NCBI GenBank assembly: GCA_963702005.1
Contig: OY969696.1
Span: forward strand, 320,001-384,000
From: Candidatus Aminicenantes bacterium
Lineage (GTDB): Bacteria; Acidobacteriota; Aminicenantia; Aminicenantales; JAFGBC01
Direction: 5' to 3'
DNA: 64,000 nt
The notes under the pieces are model-generated. The model was given only the letters and a program-made list of their open reading frames with translations, was not told where the DNA came from and searched no databases. Made by a program: the position numbers and the translations under genes. Positions 18,945 to 29,206 of the stretch are shown here, one piece after another (positions within the stretch are counted from its first letter, which is position 1; each line of letters begins with the position of its first letter).

Positions 18945-19295
18945 TGGTGGAGGCGGCGGGAATTGAACCCGCGTCCGAAGACATTCAGCTCAAGGCCTCT
19001 ACATGCTTAGACCCTTCATTAATCTCGCGCCCGGGCGCCTGAAGGGACAAGGTACCCGACCGCCAGCCCCCGAGGGGGTTTTCGCTCGCCGGGCCCGGGG
19101 CGCGGCCCGTTTCGCTATCCTGCTTGTCCACGCCCCCGAGGTCCCGCAGGAGAGGGCCCCGGAGACGGCTAGCCTTTCCTTAGGCAGCGACTGCAACAGG
19201 TTCTGCAGTTAATTGTTTCCACCGGTTTAACGAGGTGGGTGGGACCTCGGCATGCGGCATTGGCCTCATTGTCTCCGTCGAATCCTTTCGCCCCC
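18945..19295 (-). ncRNA. ssrA: tmRNA
   Basis: 5' GGGGGCGAAAGGATTCGACGG; 3' GGACGCGGGTTCAATTCCCGCCGCCTCCACCA; tag ORF AEPVAVAA* at 19206-19180; upstream TTGACA-N18-TATAAT. Confidence 0.95.
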
Positions 19296-19400
19296 ACGTG
19301 GATTCTCCGGATAGCCATTATAGGCCAGCCCGGAGAGACCTGTCAACCGATGTCTCAGCCATATCAGCTTTTTTGGGACATGATCAAACAGCTGTTTCCC

Positions 19401-20843
19401 TTAGCTGTCAAGCCGGACGTTCGGATGGTAGTCGACCGTGATGACGGCGTTTCGCCGCGGCCGGAGAAGGTCGACGGCCTTGAGGAAGGTCCGGTTCTTT
19501 TTCTTCCACAGGCGGTTGAGACGCCGGGCGTAAGCAGCCAGGCTCAGGTCGAGCCAGCGCCCCCGGATGAGCCGCTTGGCGATCTCGAGCAGCGAGTAGA
19601 ACTTCCGGTGGGCGAAGCTCTGGGCTCTCTGGAGGTTCGGCAGGGAAAGCCGGGCCGGCCGGAACACGACATGATGAGCGTCGTAGAGGGACCAGTCCCG
19701 GAACAGGATGCGGCGCTCGGCGGCCATTTTTTCGAAAAACTCCGATCCGGGTAAAGGCGTCAGGATCAGGAACTGGGTCGAGGTCAGGCGGGCCTTCTTG
19801 GCGAAGCGGACCGTCTTTTTGACCGTGTCCCAGTCGTCTTCGTCGAACCCGAAGACGAACATGCCGTGGACGTGGATCCGTTCCCGCCGAAAGACCCGGA
19901 CGGCCAGGGCGATGTCCTCGACCGTCTGCTTCTTCTTCATGCCGGCCAAGCTCCGGGGATTGACGGACTCGAACCCGATGAAGACGGTGTGGCAGCCGGC
20001 CTTCTTCATCAGGCGGACGAGCTCCGGGTCGCGGGCGACGTCGGCCCGGACCTGGGTCGACCAGCGAAAGCGGAACTTCTCGACGATCATGGCCATCAGA
20101 AGGGCCTTGGTTCGGGCCGGGTTGGCGGCGAAGTTGTCGTCGTAGAAAAAGACGAAATTGCGGCGCGAGTTGTAGCGGCGCAGCTCCTCCAAGACGCGGG
20201 GGATGGTGCGGAATCGCCACGTCTTTCCGAACATCCCGGTCACCGAGCAGAACGAGCAGTCGAAAGGGCAGCCCCGCGAGGTCTGGACGGGAATGATCGT
20301 CCGGCCGGCGATCGACCGGCCCCGGAAGCGCAGTCCCGCGAAGTCCGGGATGGGGATGTCGTCCAGGTTCGGGGCGGGCGGGGCCTGGGGATTATGGATG
20401 GACCGGCCGCGGTCCCGGTAGGAGAGTCCGGGCACGGACGCGAAGCTCTTCCCCCGCTCCCAGGCGCTAATAAAGGCCATGAGCGGACCCTCGCCCTCCC
20501 CGCGGATGACGAAGTCGGCGTGTTCGAGGGCCTCGTCGGCGAGGTAGGTGACGTGAGGCCCGCCCATCAGGACGGGGACGCCCAGGCCGCGGACGCGATC
20601 GGCGATGGCGTAAGCCCGGGGCGCCGTCGAGGTGATCGTCGAGATTCCGACCAGATCGGCCTTTTTCAAGCCTTCATAGTCGACCGCCCGGCATTCCTCG
20701 AAAACAATCTCGACCTCCCATCCGAGTTCCTTCATCAGTGTCCCCAGGATGAAAATCCCCAGGCGCGGGATCGGGAACTGGGAGAAAATATGGAGGTCGG
20801 GAGCCTTGGGCTCGATGAAGACGATTCGTTTTGGTTCGTTCAT
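19401..20843 (-). CDS. B12-binding radical SAM protein (class B)
   Basis: N-terminal cobalamin-binding domain (DLVGIST, GGPHVT, GEGE), SRGCPFDCSFC, FYDDNF, GFES, LTPLPGS. Confidence 0.93.
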   Translation of the reverse strand: MNEPKRIVFIEPKAPDLHIFSQFPIPRLGIFILGTLMKELGWEVEIVFEECRAVDYEGLKKADLVGISTITSTAPRAYAIADRVRGLGVPVLMGGPHVTYLADEALEHADFVIRGEGEGPLMAFISAWERGKSFASVPGLSYRDRGRSIHNPQAPPAPNLDDIPIPDFAGLRFRGRSIAGRTIIPVQTSRGCPFDCSFCSVTGMFGKTWRFRTIPRVLEELRRYNSRRNFVFFYDDNFAANPARTKALLMAMIVEKFRFRWSTQVRADVARDPELVRLMKKAGCHTVFIGFESVNPRSLAGMKKKQTVEDIALAVRVFRRERIHVHGMFVFGFDEDDWDTVKKTVRFAKKARLTSTQFLILTPLPGSEFFEKMAAERRILFRDWSLYDAHHVVFRPARLSLPNLQRAQSFAHRKFYSLLEIAKRLIRGRWLDLSLAAYARRLNRLWKKKNRTFLKAVDLLRPRRNAVITVDYHPNVRLDS

Positions 20844-21568
20844 GGGCGTGACCGGTCCTTGGCTGAATGGCTCCGCGAGGACTTGGCGCTTTCATCCTTG
20901 AGACGATGGATCTCTTTTCGCTTCTTCTTGAGGAGGTCTTCCCAGCGATCGATCCCCTCCTTGAGAAGCCCCATCTTGGCGAACAGGGCGTCGATCTTGG
21001 CCATCATCTCGTCGAGCTTGCGCTCGGTCTCGGCCCGGCTGAAGACGGCCGGATCGGCGTCGACGGCCAGGAAGTCCCGAAACAAGCCCGAAACGGCCTT
21101 GATCTCCTCGAGCGAGTACCCGAAAAGCTGCAGGTCGAGGATGAGCTTGCAGAGATAGATCCAGTGGTCGGCGTAGAGCCGGAAACCGCCCTCGCTCCTC
21201 ATGTCGGGCTCGATGATGCCCTTATCCTCCCAGTGCTTGATGGTCCGAGGGCTGGTCCCGATCCGCTCGGACAGGCTGCCCACGGTCAGGTATTCCTTGG
21301 AGCGGCCTTTTTCGGCCGCGGCCCCTTCGGCCCTGGGCAGGCCGACCTTCTTGACGATCTTGGCGATGGCCTCGGGCCCATAGCCGAGGTCGATGAGCTT
21401 GCGAATTTGGACGACCCGCTCCAGGGCGCTTCGGGTGTAGAAGGGAATCCCTCCGTTCGTCGCGCCGTCGGCCCGGACGAGCTTGAGCTCCTCCCAGCCG
21501 GCCAGCATTTTATCGGCGACGCCGGCCCGCTCCAGGACCTCGCTCCGGGAGAAAATCTCTTTTTTCAT
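20840..21568 (-). CDS. MerR family regulator with two HTH domains
   Basis: Two MerR repeats: L..WEELKLV..FY..LGYGPEAI and TIKHWEDKGII.P.MRSEGGFRLY..FGYSLEEIK; C-terminal coiled coil. Confidence 0.88.
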   Translation of the reverse strand: MKKEIFSRSEVLERAGVADKMLAGWEELKLVRADGATNGGIPFYTRSALERVVQIRKLIDLGYGPEAIAKIVKKVGLPRAEGAAAEKGRSKEYLTVGSLSERIGTSPRTIKHWEDKGIIEPDMRSEGGFRLYADHWIYLCKLILDLQLFGYSLEEIKAVSGLFRDFLAVDADPAVFSRAETERKLDEMMAKIDALFAKMGLLKEGIDRWEDLLKKKRKEIHRLKDESAKSSRSHSAKDRSRP

Positions 21569-21604
21569 CCTAACCTCTACGCATGATGGCACTTTAATTA
21601 TCCG

Positions 21605-21620
21605 TGTACGTATATGTACA
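21605..21620. promoter_or_regulatory. Palindromic operator upstream of the MerR gene
   Basis: TGTACGTATATGTACA (7 of 8 pairs match) just downstream of a minus-strand TTGACA at 21637-21642. Confidence 0.6.
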
Positions 21621-21691
21621 ATTTATTCCAAACCAATGTCAAGCGATTTTTGGGGCCGCGAAGGGTCCGGGACGAAGCGGTGCGCCCGCCC

Positions 21692-22984
21692 TCAGTTCAA
21701 GTCGGCCTTGAGGACGGTCCAGGCCCAGGGGGTCTCGACCGGGAAGCTCGCCAGGCTCTTCCCGTTCAGGGAGAGGTCGACGGACTGGTTCGGGATCTGG
21801 GCGACCTTGAACCGGACGGCGGCCGTCCCGGCCGGGAGGTCGACATGGAGGGTGGCGTACTTGAAACGGTCTCCGGCCCAGCAAAAGTTCTTGACCTCGC
21901 CCGTGCCCGTCTCATTCCCGGAGAATCCGATTCCCAGGAAAGTGCGGGCCGCGTTCGTCCCGATATCGAGCTTGAGCAGGACCTTTCCCTGCGCGTCAAG
22001 GAACTCGACCTTGTCGAACATGACCGCCAGCAGCCGGTCGTCGGCGCCGGGGGGATTCCAGACTCGTTTGAAGGCGAACTTGAACGTGTCTTTGGGGAGC
22101 GGGACGGGCGTGAACGTCGCGAGCTCGCTCATGATGACTTTGAGGTAATCGAAGCCGAATTCCCGCGAAGGCTCGAGATTCGTCCCCTCGTTCCATTCGC
22201 TCCAGGACGTCAGGTAGAACATCCGCAAGCCGGGGTCGATCGCCTCCTTGGCCTTTCGGACGAAACTCCGGAAGCTCTCGGGGCTGCGGGCCACGACCGG
22301 GGTGGCCAGCTTCCCTTTGTCGTCGTAGCACCAGGGGGCGCCGATCGGGTAGAAGCCGGCGAACCCGAGCGGGATGAACTTGATCCCGAGGTCGGCGCAG
22401 ACGAGCCGGGCGCTGCGATACTGGCCGACGATATCGTCGATGGTCGTTTCGAGCTTGTAGTTCCGGATCGGCGTCCCACCCTTGATCATCATGTAGGGCA
22501 TGACCGCGTCCAGGCAGGGCGTCCGGACCAGGTTCGGCGTGTATCCGAAGCCGACCTCCTCCCCGATGATGTAGACGTCGTATCCGGAGGCCGATTTAAC
22601 GGCGTTTCTGAGCCTGGCCATGGCGGCTTTGAAATTCCCCTTTGTATTCGTGATCGCCCACAGGTAGACGACCGGCCGCCCGCCGACCCTGAGTTGGTTG
22701 GGCTGGTTGAAGTAGGTGCGGGCGGCGTATTTGAAGTCCGAGACGAGCTTGTCGATTCGTTCGGCATCGTCGAGGTCGACGACGGCGAAGGTCGGCTCTC
22801 CCTGCTTCCGCAGGGCTTGGATGAAGGAATAGACGAAGAAGAACTTGATCTTCTTGAAGTCCGGGTTTTTGGGAAAGCGACTGACGACCTCGTCCGTGCT
22901 GGCCGGAAATCGGCCGCTGTGGACCCCGCACCATTCGATCATGAAAGCGTCTATGCCGTAGGCGGTCGCCCACCCGATATGCCT
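21692..22984 (-). pseudogene. GH99/GH71-like glycoside hydrolase, 5'-truncated
   Basis: RHIGWA..YGIDAFMIEW and YLTSWSEWNEGTNLEPS..FGFDYL motifs; homology begins mid-domain at an abrupt composition change near 22981. Confidence 0.7.
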
Positions 22985-23995
22985 ATGAGAGTTTAGAATC
23001 ATGGCGGGAGGTTGCCTTAGGAAAAAAATTCGGAGATATCTACAGCCGTAATTCTAACCCCACCGTGCGCGCTTTCAACGAGAAAATGGCTGCTCTGGAG
23101 GGCGCGGAAGCAGCTACGGACTTTTCCACCGGAATGGCCGCCATCAATACCACTCTCTTTGCCTTGCTCAGTCCCGGCGAGCGCGCTCTCACCATCAAGG
23201 ATGCTTATGGCGCAACCTATTTGCATTTCAAGGAGATCCTGCCGCGGTTTGGAATCCATTGCGAACTGTGCGAGACAAATGATGAAAAGGCAATCCTGAC
23301 CGCTATTGCCAAGGGCTGCGATATTCTCTATTTAGAATCTCCCACCAATCCCTTGTTGAGTAGTTGTTGACCTTGAGAAGCTCTTCAAGGCAGCTCACAG
23401 GGCAGGCGCTACGACCATCACCGACAACACGTTCGCGACGCCGATCAACCAGCACCCGATCGATTTAGGATCAGACCTTGTGATCCACAGCGCTACGAAG
23501 TCCATCGGCGGGCATAACGACCCGACTGCTGGAGTGGTTTGCGGAAAAGCAGCGCTGGTGAAAAAAATCTATCGTTACCGGGAACTTATCGGCCCATCTC
23601 TTGATGCCCACCGCGCGAGTTCGCTGCTCCGCAGCTTGAAGACTCTGGCCTTGCGGGTTGAACGTCAGAACGAAAACGCTCTGGCTATGGCCCGGTTTTT
23701 GGAAAAGCATCCGAAGGTCCTCAAAGTCAATTATCCGGGTCTAGAGAGCCATCCGATGCACAATGTGTCTAAGAAACAGATGCCCAGAGACTATGGCGGT
23801 GTCCTAAGTTTTGAGATTGTCGGCGGGCTGAAGGCCGTTGCCTGGGTCTTGCCGCGATTGAAGTATGCCTATATGGCTGCCAACCTCGGCCAGGTTGATA
23901 CGGTTGTCGGGCCTCCCTCTGTGACGAGCCACGTCGAATGCAATGAACTCTCTTCAACGAAAAAAGTCGTCTGCGCCCTTCATCTGACATGTTAA
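22981..23995 (+). pseudogene. Cystathionine gamma-synthase/methionine gamma-lyase family pseudogene
   Basis: AYESLESWREVALGKKFGDIYSRNSNPT..STGMAAI..ESPTNP, frameshift near 23360, then DNTFATPINQ..HSATKSIGGHND; no start codon and no C-terminal IR.SVG.E. Confidence 0.85.
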
Positions 23996-24014
23996 TTTGC
24001 GGATTTAACCTCTG

Positions 24015-24680
24015 ATGAAATACAAAAGGCATCACAACTGGGTTGTCACACCCAAGGAAGCTTTGGAGATTCAAAACAGGCTGCAAAAAGAACTCTCTCT
24101 CAAAGTAGCTTTCAAAAAAAATGAAAAAATTGGAGGAGTAGATGTTTCTTATGCCAAAAGGACAAACACCCTCAAGGCGGTGATCGCCATTCTAAATTAC
24201 CCCTCTTTTGAGATCATTGAGGTTTTTGAAAAAATGGGGAGAAACAACTTCCCTTATATTCCGGGCCTCTTAACATTCCGAGAAGGCCCGATTATTCTCG
24301 AAGCCTTCGATAAGCTCAAAGAGGTCCCAGATGTTCTTCTCTTTGATGGTCAGGGAATCGCCCATCCCCGACGCATGGGAATCGCCGCCCACCTGGGAAT
24401 CCTTCTCGACCTCCCCACCATCGGCTGTGCCAAAAGCCTGCTCTGTGGAAAGTACGAGGAGCCGATGAAAGAGAAGGGAGCCCAATCCTTTTTATGGGAT
24501 AGAGAAGAGATTGTCGGGGTTGCGCTTAGAACAAGGGCAAACGTCAAGCCTCTGTTTGTCTCACCCGGACACAAAATGGACATCCAAACATCTGTAGAAA
24601 TTGTGCTGGCGTCCTCTCCCCATTTCAGGATCCCTCTTCCTCTGAGATATGCCCACGCTCTTTCACGTCGGGGATTCTAA
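24015..24680 (+). CDS. nfi: Endonuclease V
   Basis: GGVDVSY, FPYIPGLLTFREGP, DGQGIAHPRRMGIAAHLG, PTIGCAKS, PLFVSPGH. Confidence 0.95.
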   Translation: MKYKRHHNWVVTPKEALEIQNRLQKELSLKVAFKKNEKIGGVDVSYAKRTNTLKAVIAILNYPSFEIIEVFEKMGRNNFPYIPGLLTFREGPIILEAFDKLKEVPDVLLFDGQGIAHPRRMGIAAHLGILLDLPTIGCAKSLLCGKYEEPMKEKGAQSFLWDREEIVGVALRTRANVKPLFVSPGHKMDIQTSVEIVLASSPHFRIPLPLRYAHALSRRGF

Positions 24681-24701
24681 TGAATCAAGCTCAGGGCTGA
24701 T

Positions 24702-26671
24702 TCAGTGTTTGTGAGGGGTTGAGGATTTTGCTTCTCCCGCCTGACGCTGATCTTTTCCGGAGCTTGTAGTCGTATCGCTTTGTCTCGTAGCCGTCCAAGT
24801 TCCAGTCCAATATTTGCCTTGATATTTAACCCTAGTTTTCATCGTCCCCGCCATCTTCTCAAAGGCACTATTGATCGTGCCTCTATAGACGGGTTTTTGC
24901 CCTGAATTGTAAGTCAATACAGCAGTTTGATCGTTCACCGTCCAAGTCCCCGAAATAGGGCCTTCTTGATTATCTCCAGCTTTGAAATTTTTGGTCTTAT
25001 AAATAAACCAGTTAGAAACCCCCGAGCCATCGCCGTCCCAATGAAAACTTATCTCCCAGGTACCGATTATGTGTTGGAGCTTAACTGTCTTTTTAGCTTC
25101 GACAAGATGGCCATTTGCATCGATCAGTTTATATTCTTCCTCCGCCTTTCCTCTTTTGAAAGTAGTCTCTGGACAATTCGTGGTCACCCGAGTACGGAAA
25201 GGATAGACTCTCTTGGGCCCGTCGTGCAGATATTTGGCTCCCCGCGCATCACGGAAAGTTAATTCATAAGCATACTCTTCGACTTTGACTCCGTTCTTGC
25301 TTGTAAGCTTTTCCTCCCATTTCCAACGGGAGTTTGTCGTGTTAAAGAGGACTAAATCTGGCCCCTCTATTTTTGGCTCCGCTTCCTCAAAATTTCCACG
25401 CCCCCCAGGATGAAACCTTCGCATAAACCTGGGGTATTCAAGCTCTGCCTCGGGATATCCGCTGTATTTGACATAAACAGGCCCATTTGTTGTTTTCCAT
25501 CCATCGTGAATGATGAGCCTGATATGGGCCCCCTCTTTCCAGTATCCAATTCCTGTTGTTGAGTGGTTAACGAAAACTCCTTTCCCAGTGCCTCCTAAGC
25601 TGCAGGGATAGTCGCTGTTTATCTCGTTAGCAAATTGAGTCAAAAAACTCCCTGGTTTGCTATTTTCTCTTTCAACTGCTGTAACGTTGGAATTATATCC
25701 TAATCCCTTGAACATAATAATTGATCCGTCAACTATCCAGTTAGTAGCGGTAATCCAGTTAGCTGGATCAGTTCTGTAACAAATGGATATCCAGTCAAGG
25801 AGAAAAGTAACTCCTTTGCCTTGGGTGCTGACTTTTCCCTTTTTTTCGAGGTACTTGAGGCAATTGTAAAAAGCGGCCGGAGAGCATCCCCTCCATTGAC
25901 CTTGAGTATTGAGCTCTGCGACAGGAAGTTGATATTTCCCTTCGAGTACTCCTTTGACATTCATCAGGGATGGATTTTCTTCATTCACTGGAATTGCTTT
26001 GGGGCTTAAAAATCGCCCCCATTCGATCTGTTCGGCATAAGCCGGAATAGTGCCTACTTTCTTGCTTCCCAAGTCTTTTAAATCCACTATTTTTTTTAAA
26101 TGAATTTCTGTTGCTTTAGTATCGCCGGCTCCCGCCCGACTTTTTGAGGTCACGAGAATATGGAAAAGATCTCCATAAATCCAATAGGGATCCAATGGCG
26201 GATTTCCCATGAGGGCTTGGGCCACAATATGCTCAGGGAGACCGGCATGAGCTTTGATGAAGGAAGGCATATCCGTTGTCGCCCCAACATAAACTGTCAT
26301 GTACCGGTCTGTCTGCGCCATCCTCGTGTACCCTTCTCTTCCTTGCCGATTGAAACCAAATAGGCCCCCTGAAGGAGTGTGTTATCTAGGAGAATATTCG
26401 GAGGATAGAAATCCCCCTCGCGCATCAATGTAATAACGTAGACTGCCGGCTCTCCCCAAGGCCAGTGCAGAAGCTCAACCTCACAGACCTTAAGGTCCTT
26501 TTCAAAGACCGACTCTCCATGGTATTTAGCGGCTCTTTTAGCCACCTCGATATTCACAGGCTGGCTGGCTATTACTAAGGAGACAGAAAAAATGAAAAGA
26601 ACAAAAATCAAAGAAATAATCGAAAAATAACGTCTCATAGGATCCTTCTCTCTTGAACCTATCATCTTCAA
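24702..26671 (-). pseudogene. Secreted papain-fold cysteine peptidase (C10/C39-like), split by a frameshift
   Basis: ORF 26297-26671 (signal and propeptide-like) overlaps ORF 24702-26321 out of frame near 26335; GCSPAA (Cys), NHSTTGIGY (His), IIHDGW (Asp). Confidence 0.65.
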
Positions 26672-26826
26672 GGTTTTTTTAATTGTCTTTTCCTCTCTTG
26701 CTAATGATGATAATAATCTCTTTCGATTAAATATTGAAGTTAATCCAGGGAATTGTAAATCACCATTAAGAGTGATTTAAGGGGTGATTTTGGGGCTGCT
26801 TCTATCCCCCGAATAGAGGAGGTATT

Positions 26827-27203
26827 TATAAGAAATTCGTTTTCCGCTGCGCTGGCTGAATGAGCGTTCATGCGCTGGTTTTGCCTCATGCCATCGTCAG
26901 GGATTATTAATAGTAGTGTGAATGGATGTCCAGTGGACCTGGGAAACGCGGGAATCGGGTCATGATGCCAGAGGGAAGCTAAAAAACGCCGGAAATCCGA
27001 CAGACCTCTCCTTTCGGGTAAAGAGAGAATCATGAAAAATACTCATTGCCGGTCTCGGCGGCCGTCAGGACTTCCTGGAAAGCGATCAGTGGCGGAGGAG
27101 GCTTGTCTGCGACAAACGTCAATCCGAGGTGATCGATCATCCGATCCACGACGGCATACTCCGTGATGAAGGCGACGACCTTCATCATCCCTCCGCACTT
27201 GGG
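26827..27203 (-). mobile_element. IS91-family (rolling-circle) transposase C-terminal remnant with oriIS-like end
   Basis: 27203-27030 translates PKCGGMMKVVAFITEYAVVDRMIDHLGLTFVADKPPPPLIAFQEVLTAAETGNEYFS*; GAATTTCTTATA about 190 nt downstream resembles the AAATTCCTAT oriIS. Confidence 0.6.
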
Positions 27204-27399
27204 GAGTAAATGTCAAGGACTTATCCGAACAGGTATCCACTCGAACGGCTCGCCTGGGGGTAGACGGGTCATTCCAGACAAAGCCAGAGGTTTGCAGACT
27301 CCTCTCCCCGTGTAACGCCGGTGTAACAGACTATACCTAAACTCGCCGACTTCGGACTACCGGTGCTTAAAGGAAAACGTTGATTCATATGGGAGAAAG

Positions 27400-27477
27400 T
27401 GGCGGGGCCGACGAGACTTGAACTCGCGACCTCCGGCGTGACAGGCCGGCGTTCTAACCAAACTGAACTACGACCCC
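27400..27477 (-). tRNA. tRNA-Asp(GTC)
   Basis: GGGGTCGTAGTTCAGTTTGGTTAGAACGCCGGCCTGTCACGCCGGAGGTCGCGAGTTCAAGTCTCGTCGGCCCCGCCA. Confidence 0.97.
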
Positions 27478-27528
27478 GCCTAAGGGGGGTTTCATTATAA
27501 GAAAAAGAGCCTCCGCTTTCAATAGACC

Positions 27529-28425
27529 CTACATCTTTTCCAGCGCCGCGATCCGCTCCTCGATCGGGGGATGGGTGCTGAAGAGCCGGTTGACGGCGCC
27601 CCTGACGTTCTTGAGGGGATTGACGATGTAGAGGTGGGCGGTCGCCTTGTTGGCCGCCTCGAGCGGCTCCTGGTCGGCCGCGATTTTGCGCAGGGCGGAG
27701 GCCAATCCCGGCGGGTAGCGCGTCAAGAGGACGCCGTCGGCGTCGGCCAGGAACTCCCGGCGCCGGGAGATGGCGAACTGGATGAGCTGCGCGATGAATG
27801 GGGACAGGACGGCCAGGACGAGGCCGACCAGGGCGAAAACGGCTCCGGCTCCGCCCCCCTTCCGGTCTCCGCCGCGGCGCCGGCCGCCGCCCCAGAAGAG
27901 GCCGCGCAGGCTCCAGTCGCTGAGCAGGGCGACGAGGCCGACCATGACCACGACCAGCGTCCCGAGGCGGACGTCGTAATTCTTGATATGGGACATCTCG
28001 TGGGCCACGACGCCCTCGAGCTCGGCCCGGTCGAGTTTCTCGAGGAGCCCCGTCGTGACGCAGATGACCGAGTTTTGAGGATTCCGCCCGGTCGTGAAGG
28101 CGTTGGGCGCGGTGTCGTCGATGACACAACAGCGGGGCGGTTGTGGAAGGCCGGCCGCGATCGACAGCCCCTCGACGACATTATAGAGATAAGGATATTC
28201 TTCTTTGCTGACAGGCCGGGCCCGCGAAATGGCCAGGACGACCGAGTCGCTGCCGTAGTAGCTCGCCAGGGTCACGAACAGCGAGACGAGGACGCCCAGG
28301 ACGAACCCCGCCCACCCCAGCCCGAACGCCTGGCCAAACAACCCGATCAGGAAGACGACGAAGCCGAAGAACAGAACCACGAGCAGCGCAGACCGCCGCT
28401 TATTGCTCGCGATCTGTTCGTACAT
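27529..28425 (-). CDS. htpX: Zinc metalloprotease HtpX (M48)
   Basis: PNAF.TGRNP, ELEGVVAHEMSHIKNYD, ISRRREFLADA, LFSTHPP.EERI. Confidence 0.95.
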   Translation of the reverse strand: MYEQIASNKRRSALLVVLFFGFVVFLIGLFGQAFGLGWAGFVLGVLVSLFVTLASYYGSDSVVLAISRARPVSKEEYPYLYNVVEGLSIAAGLPQPPRCCVIDDTAPNAFTTGRNPQNSVICVTTGLLEKLDRAELEGVVAHEMSHIKNYDVRLGTLVVVMVGLVALLSDWSLRGLFWGGGRRRGGDRKGGGAGAVFALVGLVLAVLSPFIAQLIQFAISRRREFLADADGVLLTRYPPGLASALRKIAADQEPLEAANKATAHLYIVNPLKNVRGAVNRLFSTHPPIEERIAALEKM

Positions 28426-28447
28426 GGACGGCGGCGGGACGCCGGGT

Positions 28448-29002
28448 TCAGAAGCTGACCTTGACCGGCCCCTTGGCCTCGGCCTCGCCGATCTCGAAGT
28501 ATTCCCTCTCTTTGAAGTTCCCCATCCGGGCGATGATCGAGGCCGGGAAGACCTGCTGCTTGATGTTGTACTTCATGACCGAGTCGTTGTAGAACTGGCG
28601 GGCGTAGGCGATCTTGCCTTCGGTCCCGGCCAGCTCTTCCTGGAGCATCAGGAAGTTCTGGTTGGCCTTGAGCTCGGGATAGTTCTCGGCCACGGCGAAC
28701 AAGCTCTTTAAAGCGCCGCTCAAGACGTTCTCGGCCTGGCCCTGTTCCTTGACCGTTCCGGCGCTGATGGCGGAGGCCCGCGCCTTGGTTACATTCTCGA
28801 ACACCTCCCGCTCGTGCTTGGCGTAGCCCTTGACCGTCTCGACCAGGTTGGGGATGAGGTCGTAGCGGCGCCGCAGCTGGACGTCGACCTGGGCCCAGGC
28901 GTTGTCGCAGCGGTTGCGGAGGGTGACGAGGCTGTTATAGATCCCGATGGCGATGAGGATCGCCGCTCCGATGATGATCAAAAGAACCAGAAGCGCGCCC
29001 AT
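28448..29002 (-). CDS. lemA: LemA family protein
   Basis: [52 protein letters not shown]. Confidence 0.95.
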   Translation of the reverse strand: MGALLVLLIIIGAAILIAIGIYNSLVTLRNRCDNAWAQVDVQLRRRYDLIPNLVETVKGYAKHEREVFENVTKARASAISAGTVKEQGQAENVLSGALKSLFAVAENYPELKANQNFLMLQEELAGTEGKIAYARQFYNDSVMKYNIKQQVFPASIIARMGNFKEREYFEIGEAEAKGPVKVSF

Positions 29003-29206
29003 GAGTTCCTCCTTGTCAGCGGCCCGTTCCGGACGGCGTCTCCGTCCGCCGAGCCCTTGTATCATTATACGTAAAAGCCGCTGAAACGGCACGGCTAAAA
29101 GCGCTTTTTGATTGACAGGACCCTTCTTGCAGTGTTATATTTTGAATTCCCCGAGAGGATTGTCCCAAGAAATTCCTCTCAAAAACGAACTTAGGAGGTT
29201 TATCGA

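Noticed and set aside
18999-19441. Short ORFs overlapping the tmRNA
   Set aside because: Spurious frames across a structured RNA gene
23002-23008. TGGCGGG matching the tRNA-Asp 3' end near the islet boundary (possible att site)
   Set aside because: Only 7 bp, and it is explained as codons W-R-E of the Cys/Met lyase remnant
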